Shown: one piece after another, positions 27,354 through 37,654 of the stretch | Layout: each line of letters starts with the position of its first letter | Position numbering within the stretch: position 1 is the first letter of the stretch | Source: Nanobdellota archaeon | GTDB lineage: Archaea; Nanobdellota; Nanobdellia; Pacearchaeales; GW2011-AR1 | Assembly (NCBI GenBank): GCA_038045425.1 | Contig: JBBSYD010000032.1 | Coordinates: 36,417 to 100,416, forward strand | Length of the DNA stretch: 64,000 nt | Direction: 5' to 3' | Translations under genes and position numbers: made by a program | Notes under the pieces: model-generated | Databases searched by the model: none | The model's input: the letters and a program-made list of their open reading frames with translations, nothing else | What the model was told of the DNA's origin: nothing

Positions 27354-28940
27354 ATGGTTGGAGAGACTGGACTTTCGGATAATGTGAATAGAACTTTGGG
27401 AAAAGATGCACAGAGAAATAATATCGCGGCTGCGAGAATTGTAGCAGATATTGTAAAGACAACACTTGGACCAAAGGGAATGGATAAAATGCTTGTTGAT
27501 GGTAATGGAAATATAATTGTAACTAATGATGGAGTTACTATATTAGAAGAATTGGATATTGAACATCCTGCCGCAAAAATGATGGTTGATATTGCAAAGA
27601 CTCAAGAGCTTGAAGTTGGAGATGGGACTACTACTGCGGCATTATTGGCTGGAAAATTGCTTGAAAATGCAGAATATTTGTTGGATAAGAAGGTTCACCC
27701 TACAATTATTGTTAAAGGATATAAGAAAGCAAGTGAACAAGCAATTAATTTTCTTAAACAATTGGCAAGTAAAGTGGATGATGATAATATTTTGAGACAA
27801 ATTGCTATGACTGCTATGACTGGAAAGGGAGCAGAAGGACATAAGGAAATTCTTGCAGATATTATTGTAAATGCTGTTAAAACTGTATCAAACGGAAATG
27901 AAGTTTATATTGGTGATATTAATATAGAAAAGAGAAAGGGAGAAAGTATAAGTGAAACTGAATTAATTAGAGGAATTGTTATAGGGAAGGAGAGAGCGAA
28001 TATAGAAATGCCTTTAAGAGTTGATAATGCTAAGGTGTTATTGGTTGATTTTCCAATTGAATTGAAGAATCCTGAAACTGAAGCTAAGATTTCTGTTTCA
28101 AGTCCTGAACAACTTGAGATGTTTATTAGAGCAGAGGAAAATTATATTAGAGATTTAGTGGATAAGATTGTTTTGTCTGGGGCGAGTGTAGTATTTTGTC
28201 AAAAGGGGATTGATGATGTTGCTCAGTATTATCTTGCTCAGGCAGGAATATTTGCTTGCAGAAGAGTAACAAGAACTCAGATGGAAAGATTGGCAAGGGC
28301 TACTTCGGCAAAGATAATCTCGAATGTAAATGACGTTAATTTAACTATTTTAGGAGGAGCAGAGAAAGTTGAAGAGATAAAACAAGGAGATGAGTCTTTT
28401 ATTTATATTAAGGGATGTAAAAATCCTAAGGCAGTTACTATTGTTGTTAGAGCAGGAAGTAATCATGTTATGGATGAATTGGAAAGAGCATTGAATGATG
28501 GAATTGGAGATGTGGTGTCTGCGGTTAAATCTGATGCGGTTGTTGCAGGTGGGGGAGCAATTGAAATGGAATTGTCTAGGGCGTTACAAATATATGCCAA
28601 AAGTATTGGAGGAAAAGAGCAATTGGCAATTGAAGCATTTGCGAAATCTCTTGAAAGCATTCCTGAAACCTTAGCAGAGAATGCTGGGCTTGACCCTTTG
28701 GAAATTTTATCATATATGAGAAAACAACATGAAGCTGGAAATGCAAGAGCTGGATTGAATTTGTTTACTGAAAAAGTTGAAGATACTTTTATAGCTGGAA
28801 TTATTGAACCAGTTAAGGTAAAGAGCCAGGCAATAATGTCTGCGAGCGAAGTTGCTACAATGATTTTGAGAATTGATGACGTTCTTGTTAGAAAACCTGA
28901 ACATGCTAAGCAATTGAAAGAATATGATGAAGATGATTAA
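27354..28940 (+). CDS. ths: thermosome (group II chaperonin) subunit
   Basis: [32 protein letters not shown]. Confidence 0.97.
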   Translation: MVGETGLSDNVNRTLGKDAQRNNIAAARIVADIVKTTLGPKGMDKMLVDGNGNIIVTNDGVTILEELDIEHPAAKMMVDIAKTQELEVGDGTTTAALLAGKLLENAEYLLDKKVHPTIIVKGYKKASEQAINFLKQLASKVDDDNILRQIAMTAMTGKGAEGHKEILADIIVNAVKTVSNGNEVYIGDINIEKRKGESISETELIRGIVIGKERANIEMPLRVDNAKVLLVDFPIELKNPETEAKISVSSPEQLEMFIRAEENYIRDLVDKIVLSGASVVFCQKGIDDVAQYYLAQAGIFACRRVTRTQMERLARATSAKIISNVNDVNLTILGGAEKVEEIKQGDESFIYIKGCKNPKAVTIVVRAGSNHVMDELERALNDGIGDVVSAVKSDAVVAGGGAIEMELSRALQIYAKSIGGKEQLAIEAFAKSLESIPETLAENAGLDPLEILSYMRKQHEAGNARAGLNLFTEKVEDTFIAGIIEPVKVKSQAIMSASEVATMILRIDDVLVRKPEHAKQLKEYDEDD

Positions 28941-29017
28941 ATTTAGGGTGTGTATGACAAAAGTATTATTTCTAAGTACACAATAAACCATATAAACACG
29001 CAACACATTCAAAATCC

Positions 29018-30802
29018 ATGGAAAATAAGGAAAGGAGGTATGAGGAACTCATTCAAGAAGCAAAGAACTTTCTCAAATCCAATAGAAAGCATATAGGAGA
29101 ATCAATTCGTACTGGAGAAAGAGTAGTAGTAATCAAGTTCACAACTATCTCAGAATACTCCCCAGATTTAGCAGAAGCAATACTAGAAACCCCAGAACCA
29201 GTAATAATTCTTCTTGAACAAGCAATGGACGAACTTGGATTCATCAAAGACCTAAGAGTAAGATTCTCAGAACTTCCAAAAACTGCTAAAACTAAAGTCA
29301 GAGAAATAAGAGCAAAACATCTTGACCAATTGATAGAGGTAGAAGGAATTGTTCGTCAGATATCTGAAGTTAGACCACAAGTAATTAATGCTAGGTTTGA
29401 GTGCCCAACTTGTGGAGCAATTCTTTCAGTTCGCCAAAGGGATAGAAAATTCGTAAAACCTTCTAAATGTAGTTGTGGTTGTAAATATGATTTTAAATTA
29501 CTATCGAAAGAAATGGTAGATACTCAATATATTGTAGTTGAAGAATCGCCAGATTTGTTAGAATCTGAAAAACAATCTACTGAAATTAATGTTTTACTAA
29601 AAGAGGATTTGGTAGACCCAAAAATGCAGAAATATATAATTCCTGGTAACAAAATTAAAATAATAGGGATAATAAAAGATATTCAGACTCCATTAAAAGT
29701 TGGTTCGAAAACAATCTCCAAAAAGAAGTTTATGATAGAGGCAAATAATATTTTTTCTCTGGAAGAAACGTTTGAATGTCTTCCTCTCAGTGAAGAAGAT
29801 ACTAAGGAAATAAAAGAATTATCCACTGATCCTAACTTATTCAAAAAGCTTGTCGAAAGTATATCTCCCAGCGTATATGGAAAAGAAGAAATAAAAGAAA
29901 CTATTCTTTTGCAGTTATTCGGAGGTGTTGAAAATAAAAAATCTGGTTTAGAATTAGTAAGGGGTGAAATTAATGTTTTACTTGCTGGAGCTTCGGGAGT
30001 TGCAAAAACAACAATTCTTAAATTTGCTTCTTCAATAGCTCCTAAAGGGAAATATTTTCAATGTAGAAGATCTAATGGAAACATTTCTGCAAAAACGATA
30101 AAATATTTTGGTGAATCAAGTTTAGAACCAGGAATAATTGTTCTTTCAAATAATGGAATACTTTGTTTGGATGAAATAGAGGATATTAGTAAGAAGGATC
30201 AAGAATCAATTTATAATATACTGAAGGATCAATCTGTTGAGATACCTAAGGTAGGAACTAAAATTGATTTAAAAATAAATATTGGATTACTTGTAGCAAT
30301 AAGCCCGAAAAAAAGATTTTATAACTGCGTGCCATTTACGGATCAAATTAATATTTCTAAAGATTTACTAAATATGTTTGATATAGTTTTTATAATCCAT
30401 GATGAACCTAATGAACATAATGATGGAGAAATTGCATCTCGTGTTCTTCAAGAGCATAAACAAGAAGTAAATGCTGAGTCTATACCTCAAAAACTATTAA
30501 GAAAATATATATTTTATGCTAGACAAAAGATTAAACCTGTACGAACGGACATTGCAATTAAAGAAATTACCAAATTTTATTCTGAATTAAGACAGAGTAA
30601 CTCTAAATTTTCAGATGTGTATATTAATGTTAGAAATCCAGAGAGTATAATGAGATTAGCTGAGGCACACGCAAGAATGCGACTTTCCAATCAGGTAGAT
30701 TTAGTTGACGCCAGAAAAGCAATAGAATTGTTTACCGCATCTTTAAAAAGTCAAGGTGGGTTAGATCCTGATTCTGCGCTTGAAAAATATCCTGAAAATT
30801 AA
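29018..30802 (+). CDS. mcm: MCM helicase paralog with degenerate ATPase motifs
   Basis: MCM N-domain, CPTC/CSCG Zn finger, ILLQLFGG; Walker A GASGVAKT, Walker B LDEIE, LNMFD in place of SRFD. Confidence 0.9.
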   Translation: MENKERRYEELIQEAKNFLKSNRKHIGESIRTGERVVVIKFTTISEYSPDLAEAILETPEPVIILLEQAMDELGFIKDLRVRFSELPKTAKTKVREIRAKHLDQLIEVEGIVRQISEVRPQVINARFECPTCGAILSVRQRDRKFVKPSKCSCGCKYDFKLLSKEMVDTQYIVVEESPDLLESEKQSTEINVLLKEDLVDPKMQKYIIPGNKIKIIGIIKDIQTPLKVGSKTISKKKFMIEANNIFSLEETFECLPLSEEDTKEIKELSTDPNLFKKLVESISPSVYGKEEIKETILLQLFGGVENKKSGLELVRGEINVLLAGASGVAKTTILKFASSIAPKGKYFQCRRSNGNISAKTIKYFGESSLEPGIIVLSNNGILCLDEIEDISKKDQESIYNILKDQSVEIPKVGTKIDLKINIGLLVAISPKKRFYNCVPFTDQINISKDLLNMFDIVFIIHDEPNEHNDGEIASRVLQEHKQEVNAESIPQKLLRKYIFYARQKIKPVRTDIAIKEITKFYSELRQSNSKFSDVYINVRNPESIMRLAEAHARMRLSNQVDLVDARKAIELFTASLKSQGGLDPDSALEKYPEN

Positions 30803-32208
30803 AATCTTCGTCCGCCGCCTCTAGAACCACCAAAGCTTCTGTTTCCACCAAAACTTCTGCCTCTTGATGAACTTTCTCCACCTCTACTTGAATATCCTCT
30901 GCCTCCACCTCTGCTATCTCTACCGAAACTTTTTCCTCCTGAACTTCCACCTGAACGTCTTTCTCCTCCGCCATATCCTCCGCTTCGAGGTCTGTCGCCT
31001 CCGAATCTTCTTCCTCCTGAACTTGGACGGCCGAATCTTCTCCCATATCCTCCATGCCCGCTGGATTCTTGATCGTCTCTTCTAAAATTAACAAATATCT
31101 TCTCCATGTCTGTTGGCATCTCTACTTTATCGATTTTTATTTCTGGGTCTCTTAGAACATCTCTGAAATTATCATAGTCTCTTACTGAAACGATGTTAAT
31201 AGCAATTCCATCTTCTCCTGCTCTTGCAGTTCTTCCTATTCTGTGAATGTAATCTTTACTGGATGAAGGTAAGTCATAATTGTATACGTGAGAGACGTTT
31301 TTAATGTCTAATCCTCTGGCTGCAACATCGGTACAAACTAAAACTGAGATTCTTTCTGCTTTGAATTTTTCCATAACATAGTTTCTCTTTGATTGACTTA
31401 ACCCGCCGTGAATTGGAATAGCATCAATTCCTTGTTTTTGTAAATTATTTGCTACAAAGTCCGTATTTCTTTGGGTGTTACAGAAAATCATAATCAATCC
31501 GGGATGTTCTTTCTTTAATAGATGAACTAAAAGAGAAAATTTCTCATCTTGAGGAACATCGTAATAGACTTGCTTTAATTTAGTAGGATCTACATATTGC
31601 TCGATTGCTATATATGTTGGAGAGTTCATATATTTCTTTACAAGATGTTCAATGTCTGGAGAAATTGTTGCAGAGAATAACATTGTTTGTCTTTGTTCTG
31701 GACATAATTTGATAATTTTTGTTACGTCATATATGAATCCCATATCGAGCATTCTGTCTGCTTCATCGAGAACAAGAGTTTTTACATGTCTTAAATCTAA
31801 AGTTCTTCTTTCTAGATGGTCAAGAATTCTTCCAGGAGTGCCAACAACTATGTCTGCATCCTGTAGATCATTAATTTGAGGATTTATTCCTGCTCCACCA
31901 TAAATTGCAACTACAAATAATTTTTTATGCTTTGCGAACTTGTGAATTGAATCTGCTACCTGTTCTGCTAATTCTCTTGTTGGGGTGAGAACAAGTGCTT
32001 GAATTCCTTTTCCTCTTTCGGCTTTATCAATTATACTTGCTCCGAATGCTAATGTCTTTCCAGAACCTGTTGCTGAACCTGCAATTATGTCTTTACCCTG
32101 CATCGCTAGTGGAATTGCTTTCTCTTGAATTTCTCGTGGGCCTTCAAAACCTTGATTTTTCAAAGTCAGAGAGAGCTCATCGCTTAGTCCTAATTTCTTA
32201 AATACCAT
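30799..32208 (-). CDS. DEAD-box RNA helicase with RGG/SR-rich tail
   Basis: ATGSGKT, PTRELA, DEAD, SAT, ARGLD, HRIGRTAR. Confidence 0.96.
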   Translation of the reverse strand: MVFKKLGLSDELSLTLKNQGFEGPREIQEKAIPLAMQGKDIIAGSATGSGKTLAFGASIIDKAERGKGIQALVLTPTRELAEQVADSIHKFAKHKKLFVVAIYGGAGINPQINDLQDADIVVGTPGRILDHLERRTLDLRHVKTLVLDEADRMLDMGFIYDVTKIIKLCPEQRQTMLFSATISPDIEHLVKKYMNSPTYIAIEQYVDPTKLKQVYYDVPQDEKFSLLVHLLKKEHPGLIMIFCNTQRNTDFVANNLQKQGIDAIPIHGGLSQSKRNYVMEKFKAERISVLVCTDVAARGLDIKNVSHVYNYDLPSSSKDYIHRIGRTARAGEDGIAINIVSVRDYDNFRDVLRDPEIKIDKVEMPTDMEKIFVNFRRDDQESSGHGGYGRRFGRPSSGGRRFGGDRPRSGGYGGGERRSGGSSGGKSFGRDSRGGGRGYSSRGGESSSRGRSFGGNRSFGGSRGGGRRF

Positions 32209-32381
32209 TGTACTTGTTTTATACGCTATACTTTATTACGAAGAAATAGTGCAATTAAATTGCCTGTTCTTCAAACACATTATATGTATTAATATTATAT
32301 AGATAAAAAGGAGGCTTTTAAAGCTATGCCTTTGAAAATTTAAAAAGTTAGATTTATAATCTTAGTCAAAAAGATATTTTT

Positions 32382-32864
32382 ATGAGTCTGAAAGAAAATA
32401 AGATTAAAAAAGGAAAAGAAAGTTTAGTAGATACTCTCGGAAATATAACTTATCCCCTGATAGTTGGAGGGATTATAGATTATGCTTCAGGTTTAAGAGG
32501 GTTTGGAATTCTTGCTTCTAGGTCTTATGCTACACTGATTAACGTCCCCGCTGGCGCCCCGTATGGAAAATGGAGAAATTTAATATTTAAAGTTACTAAA
32601 ACAACTGATGAAAGTAGCAGAATAAGACAATCTTTAACAGATTTACTTGCGTTTAACAGCTTTCAAGTTCCATTGTATTCAACAGTAATTGCTGTAGGTA
32701 GTTTGATATCTGAAGGAAGTATAAATTGGGAAAAAGTTAAACATGGTGCAGAATATTTAGCAATTACCTCTCCAGTTATTGCTCCGACTATGGGTTTGTA
32801 TATGGATTGGTTAAGAAAAACCTTTAAATTAAAATCTGCACCAGAAAAGGCTAATGTAAGTTAG
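32382..32864 (+). CDS. AlaE-like L-alanine exporter family membrane protein
   Basis: VDT, SR, PYGKWR, D.LAF..FQVPLY patterns. Confidence 0.75.
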   Translation: MSLKENKIKKGKESLVDTLGNITYPLIVGGIIDYASGLRGFGILASRSYATLINVPAGAPYGKWRNLIFKVTKTTDESSRIRQSLTDLLAFNSFQVPLYSTVIAVGSLISEGSINWEKVKHGAEYLAITSPVIAPTMGLYMDWLRKTFKLKSAPEKANVS

Positions 32865-32989
32865 ATAAACTTTTATTGAAACTGGCTTTGTCCGATAAGT
32901 AGGTTCTGTCCGAATAGTCAATAAAACTACCCTAGAGGACACAAGGGCGATTAAACCCTTATGAACCCGACTAGGCTACCCGAATATGA

Positions 32990-33193
32990 TTATTTTAGGC
33001 TCTGTAACAGATTTTTAAGATAAGTATATCTCTCAGAACGAGTATTCTTAATAGCTTCATATATACTTTTTGTGTAAGTCTTTCCTTCCAAATTATTATA
33101 GACATAAGTTTCTAATTTCTTCAATAATCTTATTTCTTTTTGTACACTTCTAGCTATTTTCATTATTTTCTTTTTAGCTTCCTTAGTCATCAT
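32990..33193 (-). CDS. small basic hypothetical protein (transposon cargo)
   Basis: ORF track. Confidence 0.55.
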   Translation of the reverse strand: MMTKEAKKKIMKIARSVQKEIRLLKKLETYVYNNLEGKTYTKSIYEAIKNTRSERYTYLKNLLQSLK

Positions 33194-33309
33194 ATAAAAT
33201 CAATTAGATTTAACTTTAAATTACCTTCCAACCTCTAGGAAGTGGTTAAATTAAAAAGTATATTTCTTACTCTAATAATGTTTATATAATTAGTATACTA
33301 ATTAACATA

Positions 33310-33401
33310 GGCAGTATGGTATGATGGGCGATATGCTTAATGCCCCCGAAAGGGATTCAACCGCCGAGGTTGCTGAAAGCTCAGACCCCATTAGAGCTGC
33401 C
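33310..33401 (+). ncRNA. putative structured RNA / 5' leader
   Basis: GC-rich; closing stem GGCAGT/GCTGCC, TGATGGG/CCCATTA, hairpins CCC-GAAA-GGG and CAACC/GGTTG; TATA-like box (tttatata) ~25 nt upstream. Confidence 0.6.
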
Positions 33402-33420
33402 AAATTAGGATTTTTATAAT

Positions 33421-34965
33421 GTGGCAAGTTCAACATTAGGATTTAAGGTGGATGAAGAGAGATTAATAGTTTCTAACTTAAAAAAGTCATTTACTATTAT
33501 TTCAGAATATTCTAACCCAAAACAAAGAATTTTATCTAGACTGGAAATTAAAAAAGAAAGCAAAAAAGTTATTGTAAACTTCTACGCTACGGGCAAATGC
33601 TTGATTCAAGGTAGTGACGGAGAATTATTTGATTCCATTAAGAAGAGTATATTAGATGGTGGATTGGTCGAAATAAAAAATGAAAAACAACAAAAGTTTA
33701 TAGCAGAATTGAATGAAAATGATTTTTATAAAGAAAAAGAATTTATTGTTGGTTTTGACGAAGCAGGCATAGGAGAAACTATTGGTTCTGCAGTTTTCGC
33801 AGCAGTTATACTGCCTAGAGAAATTTTACATATATTTTCAGATTTAAGAAAAGATATTAAGTCTCTTTCTCCTTCTGAATTAAATTATTATTGTGAATTA
33901 ATAAAAAAGAAAGGCATTCGCTATGAGTATATAACTACTTCACCATATGAAGTCTGTAATTCAGGAATTACTAAAAATAGATTAATGGACAGAAAATATG
34001 TTGAATTAATAAGGAAGCTTGCACCGAATCTTAATAAAAATTATATTTTAATGTTAGATGATTATGGTGTAAGGGAAGATATAAGGGAATATTTGAAAAA
34101 CTTAGATAAACAAGGTATTACGTCTATATGCCGAGATAAACTAGACGAATATATAACTGCTTGTAAATTAGCTTCAATTATTGCAAGACATGTAAGATAT
34201 TCTGAAGTTCAAATGCTAGAGAAAAATAATCGTATTTTAATTGAAGGAAAAGAGATAAGTTTTGGAAAAGGAGGAAATGGAGAAGAAACCACTAACTGGC
34301 TTAAACAATTTAGGACTTTGTACCCGACACAAGACTTCCCAGATTTCATTAAAAAAGCATGGAGCAATGTGGTAGAAATAGAAAAGTCCATGCCTAGACA
34401 GGTAATTCCATTATCATTTACTTGCGATGGTTGTAAAAAGTCTTTAAAACGTATATTTGCATATCACACAAAAGATGAAGATAGCCTAAGATTCTATTGC
34501 TCTTTGTGTTATAAGCTATTAGAGAAAAACCTACTAAAAACAAGGGGGTTTCCATATATATTAGCTGATACAAATTCTCTAATAATCGGTACAATAAGCC
34601 ATGACCTTCGATGTTTAACATCTATTTTTGAAGGTTCGAAATTACTTATTCCCTATAAGATTATAGACGAAATCGATACAATAGGAAAAGGCAAGAAATT
34701 AGGAGCACATAAAGAATTGGAAAGATTGAAAGTTCTTGAAACAGAAGGAAAGATAAAACTTCATCATTGTGACTTTGAAGTCACCCACCCATTTGATGCA
34801 GATAAAAAGCTTTACGATTTAATAGCCAAAAATAATAGTTGTGCTCTTATTACTGCTGATAAAAATCTAGCTATTGCAGCTCAAACCAATGATTCTTTTG
34901 TTTTTCATCTTATAAATTATATCCCTGAATCTAAAATAGAATCTGATTCTACGAAATTGAATTAA
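33421..34965 (+). CDS. RNase HIII-like (TBP-like N-domain + RNase HII fold)-Zn ribbon-PIN fusion
   Basis: VNFYATGKCLIQG; VGFDEAGIGE, DIK, LDD, LASIIAR; CDGC...CSLC; ILADTN...EID...DAD...ITADKNL. Confidence 0.8.
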   Translation: MASSTLGFKVDEERLIVSNLKKSFTIISEYSNPKQRILSRLEIKKESKKVIVNFYATGKCLIQGSDGELFDSIKKSILDGGLVEIKNEKQQKFIAELNENDFYKEKEFIVGFDEAGIGETIGSAVFAAVILPREILHIFSDLRKDIKSLSPSELNYYCELIKKKGIRYEYITTSPYEVCNSGITKNRLMDRKYVELIRKLAPNLNKNYILMLDDYGVREDIREYLKNLDKQGITSICRDKLDEYITACKLASIIARHVRYSEVQMLEKNNRILIEGKEISFGKGGNGEETTNWLKQFRTLYPTQDFPDFIKKAWSNVVEIEKSMPRQVIPLSFTCDGCKKSLKRIFAYHTKDEDSLRFYCSLCYKLLEKNLLKTRGFPYILADTNSLIIGTISHDLRCLTSIFEGSKLLIPYKIIDEIDTIGKGKKLGAHKELERLKVLETEGKIKLHHCDFEVTHPFDADKKLYDLIAKNNSCALITADKNLAIAAQTNDSFVFHLINYIPESKIESDSTKLN

Positions 34966-34967
34966 TG

Positions 34968-37421
34968 TTATAAATTTGAGCTATAAGGTAAAGATTTTAT
35001 ATAATTCTCCATAAATTCCCAATCTGGATTACCTTTTTTGTCTTTTGGTAGTTTAATCTTCATTTTTTTCAGTTGAGAATTAACTATTGCTCTGCCATAG
35101 GAGAATTTATCTTTCATTTCAAAGTTGAATATTGTAATTAGGAACATAGCCACATCTTTTGTAATCTTATTGTCTTTTGTTCTTATAATATTAATCTTAT
35201 TTCCTGTGAAAAATGGTTCTTCTTGGTAAAATGCTCTAACTCCCTCTGCTCCGATTGTTATGCAATCCCCAATTTCAGGTATTTCCTCATCATGTAAAAT
35301 CTTACCAGCATAACCATTATTAAATGCACTACGAGTAATGTAATTAACTCCTCCCATAGAAAACTCTACGTTTACTTTATGAACAGGTGTTCCCAAAGTA
35401 ACATCAAAAATATCATTTACATTAAACTCTTTCCAGTTGTCGGTATTTATCTTTTTGTTTTCGTTCTTTTCAGAATAAATCTTATTCTCATTCAGAATCT
35501 CCATAAAAGTTAATTCGTCAATATTTTTGTCTAAGATATCAAGTTTTAATTTTATCTTGAATATAATGTAGTCTTTTATACTCTTTGTAAAAAGATTAGA
35601 TTCAAGATATGTATAATCTGTCTTGCTGTGTGCCTGAATAATCCACTCATCTCTTTGATTTATTTTAGTTTTAACGAGATGAAAACCATCACTAAATTTA
35701 TCTGGATTATTTAATTCCTCTAAAAGTTTCTTCCTTATATTTGCCCATTTATCCAAGGCGTCAGTTCTACCTCTATTTTTAGATAAAACCAAACCATCAT
35801 CTTCTAAATTATAAAAGACTATTTCTTTATTATTGTGCGGTTTATTTGTTTCAAAAACAGCTATTGCAGTGTGAGTTGTGGCGTTTGGTCTAAACAAGTC
35901 TTTTGGCATATTAATAACACATTTTAAGGTATGCTTTGATAAAATTCTCTCTCTGGTGTCCTCGTCTTGCATATAAGTTGAAAGAGGAGCAATAATCACA
36001 CCAAACCTACTAACTTTGTCTAATAAATTTTCTAAGAATTGGATTTCTTTTTTAGTTGGATTATCTTTATTATCTTCTCCCCCATAAGGCGGATTTATGA
36101 AACCTATTGTCGGAGATATTCCATCTTTTTTAAGATTACCTAAGATTTCATTTGCTTCTTTTGAAAATGAATCTACGTTGAATATCATGGATTTACCATC
36201 TCCTCTAAAAAGCATATTAGATATTGAAAGAGCATACATGGTAGAGCTTTTCTCAAATCCGATTAACTGGTGTTGTTTTATATTTTTAATTAATTCCGCT
36301 TTGTTTCTTATGTTTGATTGATTAATTTCTAAGATTATTTTATTCATAGCAGATATTAAAAATGCTCCAGTTCCACAGCACGTATCAAGTATTACATCAT
36401 TATTCTTTATTTCCACTAGTTCTGTAAATAGTTTAGTTATATGACTTGGTGTTAAAACTATTCCATTTTTCACATTGCTTATTCCTGCATATCTCAAAAA
36501 TTCTTCATAAAATTTACCTAAGATATCATAATTTGTTTCTTTAGAGAATAAGGGAATAACATTTTTATCCAATTCTTCTAAAATTTCTTTTAAGATGTCT
36601 GTATTGTTTAGGTCTTGGTCTGTCTTGATAAAGGATAGTTCATTTGTTAAAACTTCTATTTTGTCCTTTGGTATCTTCTCATCTTTTAATATTTGAGTTA
36701 TTGTAGTTGGAATATTATTTATTATAGTCTTAGGATTCCAACCAATATATCCATCTTTAAAGTCGTTCTTATCTCCTCTGGTAAATAAACAAATCATTAA
36801 ACCGCTAAGTAAAACAGGTCTTTTTTGAGAATCTAAAGAACGAAGTTTATTGTTTATCTTCTTTGAAGATTCAGATACTTCTCTAATCAATCTTTCCATA
36901 TCTACATTTTCAAAAAATGAGAGGTATTCTTCTTCGTTCAATATTTCTTTAGTTTCTATATCTTTTATCTCGTTCTTATTTATAATAAAAGTAGAAATAA
37001 GATGGCTATACAAATCAAGGATATTACCAGATACGGCTATCCCAACAATCTTCCAATTCTTCAAATACTTTCTAGTTGTTTCAGGTAAGCTACTAACATA
37101 AGTATCTGTAAAGAAAGACAGATAATGTTTTATTCCATCTATTGCATAATTTTCAGGGTCGTTTCCTTCTTTAGACTGATGTTGCTTAATTGTATCTTTA
37201 TTTTCAAGCAAAATTATTAATTTGTTTGCTTCATTGATATATAACAAATCTGGCTCTCCACGATTTCCAGTTTTTCTTTTACTTGCTTTATCTAAAATAG
37301 ATTGAATGACTTTATTATCTGTTTTTTTAATATCCCAAGAGTTCTTATATTTTTTATTATCTTTTATAAAATTATATAAAAATATATCTTTCTTCGCTTC
37401 ATTTTTTCTTTCGTTACTCAT
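34968..37421 (-). CDS. single-chain restriction-modification enzyme (REase + N6-adenine MTase + TRD; type IIG/BcgI-like)
   Basis: GEPD...ENK nuclease motif; DTCCGTGAFL; NPPY; C-terminal S-type domain ending PDWEFMENYIKSLPYS; start reassigned to MSNERK. Confidence 0.88.
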   Translation of the reverse strand: MSNERKNEAKKDIFLYNFIKDNKKYKNSWDIKKTDNKVIQSILDKASKRKTGNRGEPDLLYINEANKLIILLENKDTIKQHQSKEGNDPENYAIDGIKHYLSFFTDTYVSSLPETTRKYLKNWKIVGIAVSGNILDLYSHLISTFIINKNEIKDIETKEILNEEEYLSFFENVDMERLIREVSESSKKINNKLRSLDSQKRPVLLSGLMICLFTRGDKNDFKDGYIGWNPKTIINNIPTTITQILKDEKIPKDKIEVLTNELSFIKTDQDLNNTDILKEILEELDKNVIPLFSKETNYDILGKFYEEFLRYAGISNVKNGIVLTPSHITKLFTELVEIKNNDVILDTCCGTGAFLISAMNKIILEINQSNIRNKAELIKNIKQHQLIGFEKSSTMYALSISNMLFRGDGKSMIFNVDSFSKEANEILGNLKKDGISPTIGFINPPYGGEDNKDNPTKKEIQFLENLLDKVSRFGVIIAPLSTYMQDEDTRERILSKHTLKCVINMPKDLFRPNATTHTAIAVFETNKPHNNKEIVFYNLEDDGLVLSKNRGRTDALDKWANIRKKLLEELNNPDKFSDGFHLVKTKINQRDEWIIQAHSKTDYTYLESNLFTKSIKDYIIFKIKLKLDILDKNIDELTFMEILNENKIYSEKNENKKINTDNWKEFNVNDIFDVTLGTPVHKVNVEFSMGGVNYITRSAFNNGYAGKILHDEEIPEIGDCITIGAEGVRAFYQEEPFFTGNKINIIRTKDNKITKDVAMFLITIFNFEMKDKFSYGRAIVNSQLKKMKIKLPKDKKGNPDWEFMENYIKSLPYSSNL

Positions 37422-37570
37422 GTCTTTTCCTCCAAGAATTTCTCTATAAGCTTTTCCACTTTGTCCGATTTGTTTATTGAGTTTTCTTCGCAGAAGTCGT
37501 TGAATCTTTTGAGAGTTTCTGGAGCTAGAGTTACACTTAAATGCCCCTTTTTCACCTCTCCTCTCCTCAT
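37418..37570 (-). CDS. 50-aa ribbon-helix-helix regulator coupled to the R-M gene
   Basis: Manual translation MRRGEVKRGHLSVTLAPETLKRFNDFCEENSINKSDKVEKLIEKFLEEKT; ATGA overlap. Confidence 0.75.
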   Translation of the reverse strand: MRRGEVKKGHLSVTLAPETLKRFNDFCEENSINKSDKVEKLIEKFLEEKT

Positions 37571-37654
37571 AGCTTAATGATAAGTTATTACTTTTTATAT
37601 CTTGCGTATCCATATTATTAATGTTACTCATGTTATTTATAGTATTAATATTAT

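Noticed and set aside
30732..31094. Acidic 120-aa ORF and nearby shadow ORFs
   Set aside because: Alternative frames of the RGG-rich tail of the DEAD-box helicase.
37422..37631. ORF-track N-terminal 70 aa of the R-M enzyme
   Set aside because: Region is better explained by the RHH gene in another frame and its promoter.
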